This document shows positions 1 through 14,347 of a stretch of DNA of 64,000 nucleotides, in pieces (positions within the stretch are counted from its first letter, which is position 1; every line of letters begins with the position of its first letter). The notes below the pieces were generated by a model, which searched no databases, had not been told where the DNA came from, and was given only the letters and a program-made list of their open reading frames with translations. Source of the DNA: Octopus vulgaris (Eukaryota); NCBI GenBank assembly GCA_951406725.2, contig OX597835.1:7936001-8000000 (forward strand), written 5' to 3'. The position numbers and the translations under genes are program-made.

Positions 1-614
1 TCGCACATGCACTCGCACACGCACACATACGTACGATCACCCGCGCGCACACAAGCACACACGCAAATTTATGTGTGTGAGTGTAAGAACAACGAGGAAG
101 AGAATTTAGATTATCCGCACATGGCGAGTTGCAATGCAAAAGAATATATATATAATTAAAGAAGGAAAATTCAAGCAGTTTATATAGTTTCAATATATTT
201 TAAATGAAAGTGTATTGTGGCTGTCTACCGGTTTTGCTTTCGCTAATCATGACATTGAAATTATTGCGATTTCGTATTTCCTTAGGAAGTTTATAGTAAA
301 CGTTCTCGTATGGAAGTGTTTGAATGAAGCAACAAGTAGAAAAATCTAAGATGGAGTATAATTGGTGATAGTTATTATTCGGGCCAAGGAAGGTAATTGT
401 TCATGTTTTCAGTGGGATAAATAAACAACAAAAACTCATCAGTTAAAGTAGTGAGATGAAATATGTACAACGATGGATATATGATCATGAATTAAAATAT
501 ATACTGATATCAAAGTTGTTTATGCGTTCATATTTAGGCGTCTTCTGTATTTTTCAATAAATAAATTTTCTTTATTTAAACGTTCTTGTACAGAATTTTT
601 TTCTTTGCACTGAT

Positions 615-962
615 AATTACCGAAAGGCTTTTTTGTTAGTATTCCCCACACATGGATCCTAGAAACACTAGCCATGGACAAGGTGGCACCAATAATCAAA
701 AATATATAACACAGTCCATGAATAAGTGGCAGACAGTGCTACAACTCTAGACAAAAGAGGGATTCATAAAAACCAAAGCCATTACCATTAGAAGAGGAAT
801 AATCCAGGGAGACACGCTCTCTCCACTCCTTTTCTATTTGGCACTGACACCTTTATGTGACATTCTAAATAGAACTGGATGTGTTACATGCTAAACAGAA
901 CTGTTATAGCAAAACAATCAGCTACCTCTTCTATGTGGATGATCTAAAACTGTACGCTACAA
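615..962 (+). mobile_element. R4/Dong-clade non-LTR retrotransposon, reverse transcriptase fragment (decayed)
   Basis: Translates in pieces to YRKAF..SIPHTWILETL, ITIRRGIIQGDTLSPLLFYLALTPL and ISYLFYVDDLKLYA; ends at an (AAT)n tract. Confidence 0.85.
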
Positions 963-977
963 ATGATAAACAACATT

Positions 978-1710
<733 letters not shown>

Positions 1711-1737
1711 TGATAATATTTAAAAGAAAAATAAATA

Positions 1738-1825
<88 letters not shown>

Positions 1826-1830
1826 GTAAT

Positions 1831-2240
1831 AAAGAATTTGACAAGATCAGTAAATCTAAAGACTTGCTAATAGAAATTGAAAAAATGTGGCATCTCAAGG
1901 CGACTACAGTACAAGTGATTGTAGGATCTCTAGGAATGATAAAAAAGGTACTGAAACCTATTTGAAAATGATACCAGACTTACCATCCTTACAGGAAGAG
2001 CAAACAGTCGTGTTAACTGGAACGTATCATGTACTGAGCTGAGCATTATCACTGTGAAAGCAACATCCCTTCATGCATGAATTTGTTTCGTTATTAACTT
2101 TTTAAATACCTGTTTTACCTGTGAATTTGCGTGTGTCATCTGGGAATGCATACAATGAGCTTCTCTGTCCTAGGTGTACGGAAAACACTCGGCGAGAAAT
2201 GGAAGAACATTTGAAGAAAGAAGGAAAAAAAAAATAATAA
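1831..2240 (+). mobile_element. R4/Dong-clade LINE 3' end (restriction-like endonuclease C-terminus plus 3' UTR)
   Basis: KEFDKISKSKDLLIEIEKMWHLKATTVQVIVGSLGMIKK matches the RLE tail of R4-clade elements. 5'-truncated at (AAT)n; 3' end is poly-A then AATAAT. Confidence 0.75.
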
Positions 2241-2647
2241 TGATAAATTTATACATTGTAGAAATTCAGAGCTGACAAGCAAACTTCATCTACTTAGATG
2301 TTTTGTCATAGCGACAGTGACAGCAACGATAGATATGAAGCTTTTAACAAAATAAAATGGAGTAAAAAGCATTGCCTAATTGATTTTCAGGAAAATGTTA
2401 ATAAATCAGATGAATAGATTTCAAGAACATGGAAGGAGAAAACAACGAGAAAGAAACGAAGTTAAAATCGGGAAAAATAAGAGAAGAGAGAGAGAGAGAG
2501 AAAAAAATAAATGAAAGCGAAGAAATGCGGTCCAAGTATGGAATCCAGTTAAGTGTGATTTCATTTCACACATCCGCCATTGCTATGACGCTACAGGAAA
2601 ACCGATGAGGTGTCCACTTCAATCAACGAGATGACACTTTCCATCAT

Positions 2648-2741
2648 AATTTTCTCTTCTCTATTGCTATCGGGATCTATCAACAATCCTGACAACTTCG
2701 GAATTTCTCTTCATCATGACAATGTTTCTTGTTGTCTTTGC

Positions 2742-2814
<73 letters not shown>

Positions 2815-2897
2815 TATTTATTTATATTTTATTTAATTGGAGGAGGGAATGTGATATAAGTAATAAAGGATAATCGTTTTTGTTTTGTATTTTTTTT
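2648..2897 (+). repeat. Segment duplicated in inverted orientation at ~7905-8233
   Basis: ctattgctatcgggatctatcaacaatcctgacaacttcgg...(TTA)n...ggagggaatgtgatataagtaataaaggataatcg recurs as its reverse complement. Confidence 0.9.
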
Positions 2898-2939
2898 TGC
2901 TATTTTTGTATCACGTCTTCCCTCATATATAAACTCTCT

Positions 2940-3151
2940 CACACACACATACACACACACACACAAACAAACGCACATAGTACACACACGCTCACACACA
3001 CACACACACAAACACACATACAGACACACACAATCAAACGCACATAGTACACACACACTCACACACACAAACAAACACACATAGTACACACACACTCTCT
3101 CACACACACACACACTCACACACACATACACACACACAAGCAAACGCACAT

Positions 3152-3186
<35 letters not shown>

Positions 3187-3256
3187 CAAACGCACATAGT
3201 ACACACACACTCACACACATACACTCAAACAAACGCACATAGTACACACACACACA

Positions 3257-3289
<33 letters not shown>

Positions 3290-3307
3290 GCACGCACACA
3301 CACACAC
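2940..3307. repeat. Compound (CA)n tract with recurring aaacgcacatagtacac motif
   Basis: Motif recurs about five times inside CA repeats. Confidence 0.9.
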
Positions 3308-3646
3308 CTGCAATTTGATACAGGAAAGCAAGTACAGGCTAAAACTAATGCACAAAATTAGTTTTCTTCAGCTTGCTAATTTGATAAAGCATTCAAGTAT
3401 CGTGTAATCTCTCAGCTCAAATCTGCTGCGGGCATTTCGTTTCGTTTCTATGTACGTCACTTCATTTTACATATCACCGTCCAATTAGGTGTGAGAAAGA
3501 GATACCTGCAGTTTTGTTACAGACATATGCAATAGGCTGGCTTTCTATTACGTGGCCAACGTTTAACTCTGATCCACTTCATGTTACCGTGTAAAATACT
3601 AAACACGAATATACAAGGCCAAGCAAGCAAGCTCCATTCATCCAGT

Positions 3647-4652
3647 TACATACATACATGCATACATACATATATATATATACATACATTCATGCATACA
3701 TACAACATACATACATACATACACACATACATACATACATACATACACACATGCATACATACACACATACATACAAACATACATGCATACATACATACAT
3801 ACATACATACATACATACATGCATACACACATACATACAAACATACATTCATACATATATGCATACATACATACATACATACATGCATACATACATACAT
3901 ACACACATACATACATACATACACACATACATACATACACACATACATAGATACAAAGATACATACATACTTGCATGCATGCATACATACATACAAACAT
4001 ACATACATACATGCATACATACAAACATACATTCATACATATATACATACATACATGCATGCATACATACATACATACATACATACATACATACATACAT
4101 CCATGCATACATACATGCATGCATGCATACATACATACATACATGTATGCATGTATACATACATACAAACATACATACATATATACATGCATACATACAT
4201 ACATACATACTTACATACATACATATACATACATACATGCATGCATACACACATACATACATACATACATACATACATACATACACACATACATACATAC
4301 ACACATACATACATACAAACATACATGCATACATACATACATACATGCATACACACATACATACAAACATACATTCATACATATATGCATACATACATAC
4401 ATACATACATACATGCATACATACATACATACAACATACATGCATACATACATACATACATACATATATACATACATACACACATACATACATACATACA
4501 CACATACATACATACACACATACATACATACATACAAACATGCATACATACATACATACATACATACATACATACATACATGCATACACACATACATACA
4601 TACATACATACATACATACATACACACATACATACACACATACATACATACA
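3647..4652. repeat. ~1-kb degenerate (CATA)n satellite
   Basis: Direct reading; source of the HTYI/MYVC pseudo-ORFs. Confidence 0.98.
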
Positions 4653-4931
4653 TTGGCTGATTCGTTAGCATGTCGGTTAAAAGACGCTCAACGACATTTT
4701 GCCCGTCTAATTTTTCTGAGTTCAAATTCCGTTGAGGTAAGTTGCGACTTACTTATTTATAGGCGCAGGCGTGGCTCTGTGGTAAGAAGCTTGTTTCCCA
4801 ACAACATGGTTCCGGGTTCAGTCCCACTGCGTGGCCCCTTGGGAAGATGTCTTCTACTATAACCCCGGGCCAACCAAAGCCAGCATTGTGAGTGGATTTG
4901 ATAAGACGGAAACTGAAAGAAGCCCGTCGTG

Positions 4932-4963
<32 letters not shown>

Positions 4964-4973
4964 TGTATGTATG

Positions 4974-5030
<57 letters not shown>

Positions 5031-5034
5031 TATG

Positions 5035-5114
<80 letters not shown>

Positions 5115-5127
5115 TAATAATAATAAT

Positions 5128-5510
5128 GGAAGCACTCCGTCGGTTACGACGACGAGGGTTCCGGTTGATCCGAATCAACGGAACAGCCTGCTCGTGAAAT
5201 TAACGTGTAAGTGGCTGAGCACTCCACAGACACGTGTACCCTTAACGTAGTTCTCGGGGATATTCAGCGTGACAGAGAGAGTGACAAGGCTGGCCCTTTG
5301 AAATACAGGTACAACAGAAACAGGAAGTAAGAGTGAGAGAAAGTTGTGGTGAAAGAGTACAGCAGGGATCACCACCATCCCCTGCCGGAGCCTCGTGGAG
5401 CTTTGGATGTTTTCGCTCAGTAAACACTCACAACGCCAGGTCTGGGAATCGAAACCGCGATTCTATGACCGCGAGTCCGCTGCCCTAACCACTGGGCCAT
5501 TGCGCCTCCA
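5128..5510 (-). mobile_element. tRNA-derived SINE family B, full length
   Basis: Head GGAGGCGCAATGGCCCAGTGGTTAGGGCAGCGGACTCGCGG..GGTTTCGATTCC (A and B boxes); near-identical to 14348-14730 and 27275-27657; inserted in (AAT)n. Confidence 0.92.
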
Positions 5511-5511
5511 C

Positions 5512-5565
<54 letters not shown>

Positions 5566-6466
5566 TTGGAAAATTTGTCGCGAACATAGAGCCGTGTGTA
5601 GACATTGTATTACACATAGTTCCGAGGTCTCCAGCTGACAATCTGTTCATATAAAAGAACCGGGAACTTAAAGAGGTACTTGTTACGATTTCTAAAGAAA
5701 ACCTTGACGGAATCCTCTGTCTGTCTGTTTGTATTCTCTCTCTCTAATCTCTTTCTCGCTCACTCTCTCTCTCTCTCTCTCGCTTTTTTTTCTTTCTCCT
5801 ACATCCTTGATTAATCTTCTTGAGCAATTTCACAATACGTAGGAAAGAAAGGCAGAGAGAGAAAGAGAGATGTAGCCCTCAGCAATATTCCTTCATTAAT
5901 ATACATCCAACAAAGGAAGCTGACCAGCTTTATAGGAACAACAATATACAGTGAAGAAGAAGGAAGAAGATGAAACAAAGAGAAAAAGAAAGAAACCTCT
6001 AGTTTTCCTTCTTTCAACTTTATTTATGTTGATTCATTCCCTATCTTCACCCTTCTTTCTCTTTTATCGTCATCTCTTCCTATTTTCGTCTGTCTTTACG
6101 TTCTGAGTTCAAATTCCGCCGAGATTAACTTTGCCTTTTATTCTTCGGGGTCGATAAATTAAGTACCAGTCGCGTACGAGGGTCGATCTAATCGACAGGC
6201 CCTCTCCCCAAAACTTTTGGGCTTTGTGCCTAGAGCAGAAAAGAATATTTACTAAGCAAGGGAGCAATATTATACAAAGAAATAATTAGACGTAAAATAT
6301 AAAAATTATTAGAATTCGGAATCAAATCTGAAAATATAATCAAGGGTTTAGCAGAAAACCGACCGCAGAGCAGTCTTTCTGCTAGTCTTTATGATGATGT
6401 AATGTTTTCATTAAGTATTTAAAGAAGTCGTTAGAAACAGACGTAACGGATTGATATCAGTAACTC

Positions 6467-6532
<66 letters not shown>

Positions 6533-6704
6533 GTGTACGCAGGAAGGACTAGTTCCACGAGTCGTGTTCTGTCCAACCTTCAAAACACGCTGGAGTTGAA
6601 CTAGGGACAGCTGATGAAGGGATTTTTCCTTGTGTAGTTTGTCTTGTACTCTGTTTTTTTCGTTTAGGTCCGTTTCCACGTTTGTTTTTACGTTTTCGTT
6701 TCTC

Positions 6705-7736
6705 GTTGAGTTCTACGTCTATTTGTGGTGTCCTGTACTCACGTATATATATTTATATATGCATGTATATATACATGTAGATGTAGGTACGTTGAGTTCT
6801 ACGTCTATTTGTGGTGTCCTGTACTCACGTATATATATTTATATATGCATGTATATATACATGTAGATGTAGGTACGTTGAGTTCTACGTCTATTTGTGG
6901 TGTCCTGTACTCACGTATATATATTTATATATGCATGTATATATACATGTAGATGTAGGTACGTTGAGTTCTACGTCTATTTGTGGTGTCCTGTACTCAC
7001 GTATATATATTTATATATGCATGTATATATACATGTAGATGTAGGTACGTTGAGTTCTACGTCTATTTGTGGTGTCCTGTACTCACGTATATATATTTAT
7101 ATATGCATGTATATATACATGTAGATGTAGGTACGTTGAGTTCTACGTCTATTTGTGGTGTCCTGTACTCACGTATATATATTTATATATGCATGTATAT
7201 ATACATGTAGATGTAGGTACGTTGAGTTCTACGTCTATTTGTGGTGTCCTGTACTCACGTATATATATTTATATATGCATGTATATATACATGTAGATGT
7301 AGGTACGTTGAGTTCTACGTCTATTTGTGGTGTCCTGTACTCACGTATATATATTTATATATGCATGTATATATACATGTAGATGTAGGTACGTTGAGTT
7401 CTACGTCTATTTGTGGTGTCCTGTACTCACGTATATATATTTATATATGCATGTATATATACATGTAGATGTAGGTACGTTGAGTTCTACGTCTATTTGT
7501 GGTGTCCTGTACTCACGTATATATATTTATATATGCATGTATATATACATGTAGATGTAGGTACGTTGAGTTCTACGTCTATTTGTGGTGTCCTGTACTC
7601 ACGTATATATATTTATATATGCATGTATATATACATGTAGATGTAGGTACGTTGAGTTCTACGTCTATTTGTGGTGTCCTGTACTCACGTATATATATTT
7701 ATATATGCATGTATATATACATGTAGATGTAGGTAC
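6705..7736 (+). repeat. Minisatellite, 12 x 86-bp apparently identical units
   Basis: Unit gttgagttctacgtctatttgtggtgtcctgtactcacg...gtagatgtaggtac starts at 6705, 6791, 6877 ... 7651. Confidence 0.97.
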
Positions 7737-7994
7737 GTACATATATGTATGTATGTATGCATATATTTTATTTATTACACTATTGTATGAATGAGCGCCC
7801 TCGCGTCGATTCGATTCGTTTTCGTTTCGTTTCATCTCCTCCAAGTAAGTTTTGTTATATATATATATAAATGAGTAACTGTAGAGTTACTGATATCAAT
7901 CCGTAACAAAAAATAAAACAAAACAAAAAACGATTATCCTTTATTACTTATATCACATTCCCTCCTCCAATTAAATAAAAATATAAATAAATAA

Positions 7995-8141
<147 letters not shown>

Positions 8142-8232
8142 GCAAAAACAACAAGAAACATTGTCATGATGAAGAGAAATTCCGAAGTTGTCAGGATTGT
8201 TGATAGATCCCGATAGCAATAGAGAAGAGAAA

Positions 8233-8277
<45 letters not shown>

Positions 8278-8487
8278 TAGATAAACTTTGATATGTTTCG
8301 ACCAAAGATTGGTCCAGGCCATGTCTATATATGTATATGTTTATATATATAGCATAATTACCCCCTCCCCAATATATATATATATATATAGTTAATCCAA
8401 ACAAGAAAACACAGAAAAAAACACAGCAATGCGAGGACGTGGAACAATTAAAGTATTATTTGACGCTCAGGAAAGAAGGGAAGGAGG

Positions 8488-8522
8488 GTTTAACGTTTCG
8501 AGCGGAGCTCTTTGTCGGAAAC
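8488..8522 (-). ncRNA. Degenerate minimal hammerhead motif in TA-flanked element (family H1, ~8390-8550)
   Basis: gttt CCGACAA A GAGC tcc GCTC GAAAC GT T aaac; G8 mutated. Homologous to 52987-53021. Confidence 0.55.
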
Positions 8523-8954
8523 AAGGAGAAGGAAAGATCCCGAGAAGGGAACATATACACACACAGAGAATAGATAGATAGACAGATAGATCAAAACAGA
8601 ATGATTCAGACCCCTTAGTACGTCGAGTTTCAAGCCTGAGGCTTGTCTTCGTGCATTTTATGTCGTCTCCTGACAAGAACTGAATGGATCTCATCGTCAA
8701 TCAACACCAATTTTACTGCCGCCATCAACTCCGCCTTCACTTAAGTCACAAAGCCTCATCGAACACGAAACCTCACAATTGCTATGAAAACTTCTGAACC
8801 ACAACCTTCTTAACTCTCACGCAATCCTGCGTCGATGTAACATTTAATGATAACACCTTCGCTCCCTTCACCAGGGATTTCCACACCAACATCATGGACA
8901 ACACACTTCCCCTTCACAAGTCCCACCACAACAATTAGCACCGACACTGCAATT

Positions 8955-9445
<491 letters not shown>

Positions 9446-9938
9446 AAAATTGACAACAAGAATACTATTAGACTTAGCACTAAGAAATACCTTCCCATAA
9501 ACCCTCAAAAAAATAATAATAAAAGAGAATTCAACACTAGTTTAAGAGAGAACATTGTTATCGTTTAAGACGAAGCTAGAGAACAACGTTTCTTGCAGGT
9601 CCTCCTAAATCATCAAATCTCTACTCTTGATAACCACATTACAGTATCAACAGATATCATTGTATTGTAGCGCACACAGAAAAATGTCGGCCACATAACT
9701 AAAATAACAAATGACAGATGCAAATATATATTGCAGGGTAGTCAGGGAGATACGCACTTTGATATATTGTCGAACACAGACTTTCTTTCCTTCTCCCCCC
9801 CCCCCTTCTCTTTCACCCTCTCTTTTTCCCCCCTATCTGTCATGCGCAATCGCACACACATACATACAGGTGTGTTTGTGTGACAGCCTACATTAAATTA
9901 CATATAAATATGTGAATGTGTATGAGTGTGAAAGTGTG

Positions 9939-10026
<88 letters not shown>

Positions 10027-10174
10027 TGTACATGTATATATAACTATACAATATATCCGTATTCATTGTGGCTTACCTGATTTGAAATTTCTCCATTCCA
10101 TTTATTGTAATGTAAAAATTTTTCAGGTGCTCGACTTGCGCACTTCTAAACGGTCTGTATCTTTCGTAAGAAAA

Positions 10175-10694
10175 TTACAATTACTAAACGAATTCAAGGC
10201 ATGGCTGCTCTCGATTATTGGGATCGCCTTAAAGCCTTGAAACTTTACTCCCTCCAGCGTCGCCGTGAGCGGTACATCATTTGTACGATGTGGAGAATAT
10301 ACCGCCAACTTTGCCCAAACGACCTTAACATTAGCTTCAAGGTTCATCCAAGACTGGGACCACGGGCCATACGTACCCTGCCCAATTCAAGATCACAACA
10401 TACAGGTACACTGCAACATAATTTCTTTTCCTCAACAGGCCCTGCCCTATTTAACATTGTCCCGAGGGAGATCAAAGAGGAAAAGGATCCCATCAACTTT
10501 AAACGGAGTCTGGATAGATTCCTTCAAAGAATACCAGATAAGCCACCCATAATTGGATACAACTCACCCAACAAGAACTCACTAGTTGAACAAAACTTGA
10601 CTTAAACAGGATTCGAGTAATCCTATCAGGTGGTGCTATTAAGTTAGACATGGCCTGGACCAATCTTTGGTCGAAACATATCTAAGTTTATCTA

Positions 10695-10700
<6 letters not shown>
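10175..10700 (+). mobile_element. CR1-like LINE 3' end (ORF2 C-terminus plus tail)
   Basis: YWDRLKALKLYSLQRRRERY...GPALFNIVP...FKRSLDRFLQRIPDKP. Tail catggcctggaccaatctttggtcgaaac plus (atctaagttt)2; an isolated copy of the tail lies at ~8273-8327 (-). Confidence 0.85.
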
Positions 10701-10729
<29 letters not shown>

Positions 10730-10732
<3 letters not shown>

Positions 10733-11217
10733 TGTGAAATAGAAAGATGAATAATCTTGTAGTAGATTAATCAAAAGTTTAACCGATACCTTAGTAGCAA
10801 AAATCACAGCAGTAAAACTCACAGCAGTAAAACAGCACGGTTGGAGGTACAACCATATGGTGTTGCAACCGTGCGCTGGTGCGGATAATTGAAATTAGAA
10901 CATTATTGGTGAATTGAAGAAATGGAGCTGAACGCAGATTGAACAGAAATCGTTTTATTTCATTCTACACGTGTTTCGAAAGGCACAATTACGAGTTTCG
11001 CCATGGGCTCTTAGGAGCATAGTTCGATTTGTTTTTGCTCCGCCTCTGTTCTGTTTTTGTTTTTCCAACGGATTTCCTATTTTCTTCCTGAAGAGAAAGA
11101 CACAATATGGTCCCATTATTCCATCGGATTTTGGTAATTTGTGCCTTTCGAAACACGTGTAGAATGAAATAAAACGATTTCTGTTCAATCTGCGTTCAGC
11201 TCCATTTCTTCAATTCA

Positions 11218-11223
<6 letters not shown>
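10730..11223. mobile_element. TA-flanked fold-back element with ~88-bp inverted arms (10904-10992 / 11134-11223), Penelope-like pLTR remnant
   Basis: Arms are near-perfect reverse complements; contains a hammerhead; (TA)n on both sides; related segment at ~53490-53709. Confidence 0.7.
11079..11170 (+). ncRNA. Type I hammerhead ribozyme motif
   Basis: ttttcttc CTGAAGA(11088) gaaagacacaa...ttgtgcctttc GAAAC(11150) ACGT GTA^ gaatgaaa. Intact core, long stem II, palindromic stem III ACACGTGT. Confidence 0.75.
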
Positions 11224-11259
<36 letters not shown>

Positions 11260-11411
11260 CAATTGTCATTAACTGTGACTAGAATGTTAAGAAACACCTT
11301 CATTGCGAGAAATAAGAGCTGAAATGCTCTCACTCTGTAGTTAGCGCACAGAAATGAAAACATATACTTTAACAGGTACCTAAATCGTCCGAAAACTGCT
11401 GATCGAGAATT

Positions 11412-11460
11412 CTTAATACTGACGTCAGTTTCGGCAATTTCCGTTGCTTCGTCAGTTAAA
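11412..11460 (-). ncRNA. Type I hammerhead ribozyme motif (family H4)
   Basis: ttaa CTGACGA A GCAA cggaaa TTGC C GAAAC TGACGTCA GTA^ ttaa. Stem III is the 12-nt palindrome ACTGACGTCAGT; A.C mismatch at 10.1/11.1. Confidence 0.75.
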
Positions 11461-11581
11461 CCCGTCCGATTCTTCAGCTTTTTCGGGACTTGCTTCTCTA
11501 TTAGAATGTATCTTTTCGTTATCTAAATTCATGAATGATTTAACGATTCGCTAATGTGTTTACATAAAATTAATATAAACA

Positions 11582-11816
11582 GTAGGTTGCAATGTTTCAC
11601 CAAAGAGGAGAATTATAAGTGTCACTAAATGTGACTAACGCGTTAAGATACGGACAATCCAAGGCCGTAATACCATATATGTTTTCATTCATTAGCTTTA
11701 ACTACAGCATTAGCACATTTTAGCTGTTATTTCTAACAATGTAGGTGTTTCTTAAGAGCCTAGTCACATTTAGTGACAATTATTATTCTCCTTTTTGGTG
11801 AAACTTTGCAACCTGC
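11582..11816. mobile_element. Fold-back element with ~55-bp inverted ends, family H4 relative
   Basis: gtaggttgcaa..gtcactaaatgtgacta / tagtcacatttagtgac..ttgcaacctgc. Interior 11676-11781 is homologous to 11260-11370 (-) and to ~55800-55885. Confidence 0.6.
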
Positions 11817-11824
11817 GGTTCATC

Positions 11825-12163
11825 CTTTTATTCTATGTGTCACCTGCTGTCATGTGGGCTCATCTGATATACCAGATAGAAACCTGTCCAGACGTTCCTT
11901 GAAAACTTCCACATCAGCACTATGTAGATCTCTCAGGCTGCTTGAACAATTGCGGGCCCTTGAAATACAGAATATTGCAGTACAGTGACCGGATCTTTGG
12001 GACTATGCATTGCCGATCGGACATTGGTGTAGCTGCCAATTCCAAAATTGGGAGCTAAACCCTCTAAGAGCTTCCAAATATATATCACCACATTTCTCTA
12101 GGAATGATTGATTGATTGATTCTAGTTTCAGCTTATGAGCTGTGGCCATGCTGGGGCACCGCC
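11825..12163 (-). mobile_element. CR1-like LINE fragments (ORF2 C-terminus; separate 3' tail at 12105-12163)
   Basis: YIWKLLEGLAPNFGI...FKGPQLF..LRDLHSADVEVFKERLDRFLSGISDEP; tail ggcggtgccccagcatggccacagctcataagctgaaac followed by (AATC)n. Confidence 0.7.
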
Positions 12164-12532
12164 ATTAACATGGATTTTTTTTTGTGTTTGTTGAATGAAT
12201 TCATGTGACCTTCTAATATTGCAAAATTAGATTATTTAAGGTGAGCCTGGTAACTGATGGTTTTTGGGTCTTGTTGTTTGTAGCTTTTGGTGAGCCATGG
12301 TGCAACCAACAACATAGAAAATTCCCTACCATTAATTTGGTGTGGATGGGTAATATCAAATAATTCAATCACAATATATATTTAAATTAAACATGAAAAA
12401 ATTGAAATATTATCATCACTTACATGGAAAAATTGAAATATTATCTTTCAGTATTTTATAAGGTAAAATCTTAAATTATTAATTGGCACATTATTAATTA
12501 TCTTATAACAGGAATGCCTGGAAAAATCATGG

Positions 12533-13042
12533 ATTACATGGAAAAATGCGAGCATGAAAAGTAATATTCTTAAGATTATAAGCCGGGACAAGTTATTACA
12601 CCTGTAAAATTATAGGACAAGCTATTACTTCTAGTAAAATAAAGAATAAGAAACATTTTACTTAAAATTTTGAAGCTAAAATTAAAATTTGAATATCAAA
12701 CTTATTTCATTATAGTTTACAAATAACAGTATACTTATTTAAGTAGAATTTGGCTAATTTACTACCTTAAATACAGAAAAAAAGTGACTAATTTGACAAA
12801 CTTACAAATTAGCTGAACAGTTTTGCACAATAAATTTAAAAGATGAGAACTGTAAAGAGTGATAAATTAGAAGAACTGGCATTCTTTGCTGCAATATTTT
12901 AAGCAAAAAGTTTCCTACTCTTTACTTTACTTGAAGTAATAGCTTGTCCTATACTTTTACAGGTGTAATAACCTGTCCTGTACTTTTCCAGGTTTATAAT
13001 CTTAAGAATATGACTTTTCATGCTCGCATTTGTCCATGTAAT
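12533..13042. mobile_element. MITE-like fold-back element with ~150-bp imperfect inverted arms
   Basis: attacatggaaaaatgcgagcatgaaaag...(to ~12680) pairs with ~12885-13042 ...cttttcatgctcgcatttgtccatgtaat. Confidence 0.7.
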
Positions 13043-13052
13043 ATATATATAC

Positions 13053-13290
13053 ACGACGTGTTGTACAGCTGCCGTTCGCGCTGGAAGCCCCAATACGAAG
13101 AAGACTCAAGAGTGCTTGGGTGTCAATTTGAGGATTGTGAAGAAGAATCGGAAAGAGTTGGATAAGTTTAATGGTGATTGCGAAGGTACGGTAGCTCGGA
13201 AAACTTACTGATCGTTCTGATAAGAAAAAAACTGAAATTGATGGTGAGATTCAGGTCATGATTGACAACGATGCCTCTATGTCAATAATA
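13053..13290 (+). mobile_element. Tc1/mariner-type transposase N-terminal fragment (decayed)
   Basis: Frameshifted AVRAGSPNT..ECLGVNLRIV..RKELDKFNGDCEGTVARKT..DRSDKK..GEIQVMIDND resembles the HTH region of maT/DD37D-like transposases; recognised from memory only. Confidence 0.45.
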
Positions 13291-13531
13291 TTTCAATAAT
13301 ATTACGATTCAATAATATTTGATACAACACAATTGCGAGAATTTTTCAGGCATGACTTTCATTTTTGTATAGTTTGAGAGTTTAATTTCGGAAAACGTTG
13401 AGAGAATTACACATTACTTACAATATTGCAAAGTAAGAATAGTGCCAAATCATTTGATGAAAATCGTCTCACTACTTTTTCGTTTTGTGGCTGTCATACA
13501 CGGCATAGCACTGCTTCAACAGAGGGCTATA

Positions 13532-13698
13532 TACGTTCTGAGTTCAAATTCCACCGAGGTCGATTTTTGCATTTCATCCTTTCGGGGTTGATAAATAAAG
13601 TAGCAGTTTCGCACTGGAGTCGATGTAATCGACTTAATCCCTTTGTCTGTCCTTGTTTGTCCCCTCAATGTTTAGCCCCTTGTGGGCAATAAAGAAAT
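13532..13698 (+). mobile_element. SINE family C, 5'-truncated
   Basis: gagttcaaattcc.ccgaggtcga...tttcatcctttcgggg...ccccttgtggg..aaagaaata; central region resembles the Meta-SINE domain. Confidence 0.85.
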
Positions 13699-13779
13699 AT
13701 ATAATGAAGCGTTTTGGTTTTTCGGAACTATTTAAAGTGTCTATAATACTTATTCTTACAGTCTGAACAAGTCAAATTC

Positions 13780-13837
<58 letters not shown>

Positions 13838-14347
13838 GCACACACAAACTCTGCCATTCCTTTTAACGTACAGCCTCTATCACTTGTGGTCAACCAGAAT
13901 CGCAAATGAGATTTGCATCACATTTTCTCTGTATCGCTTGCAGGATGTTTTCGAACTTAATCTCTCATCGAACACCAGATAAGAAGTCAGAGGACGATTA
14001 AAAAGCGTATTCTCTTTCAGATCTACTCATTGTCAGAGTTGCTGCTTTTTTATTAATCGTTAAGACATGATATGACATGCTTCAGATGCCAAGAGGCAAT
14101 TGGTAATATTCGAGTCAACATTGGAATGGTTGTCGAAAGTCTGCAAGAATTATGAGATCAGTTTGACACTCTGTTGATAAAAATCAATATAAATCGCACA
14201 CAGTTTGCAAATTGAGATTAAATTCTATGAGCTGAGGAAACGAAGGAGAAATAAAAGTTTAGATTGGAACCAATCAGGTGGCGGAAACCAGGCGAAGGTT
14301 CCTTAGATACAAAATCATTATTCAAAAACCGTTATTTATTTATTTGT

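Noticed and set aside
3581-4862. Long ORFs of 260-360 aa (HTYI/MYVC repeats); similar YI-rich ORFs at 36.6-38.9 kb and 41.5-42.6 kb
   Set aside because: Translations of CATA/TA microsatellites, which lack stop codons.
5430-5510. tRNA genes at SINE heads (families A, B, C)
   Set aside because: A/B boxes are present, but each head continues into a SINE body with TSDs; no clean cloverleaf or terminator.
6604-6645. gacag CTGATGA AGGGA..TTCCT hammerhead-like start
   Set aside because: No GAAA strand in a type I, II or III arrangement.
6630-7794. Series of identical 75-aa ORFs; CRISPR-like periodicity
   Set aside because: 86-bp tandem repeat with no unique spacers and no cas genes; eukaryotic context.
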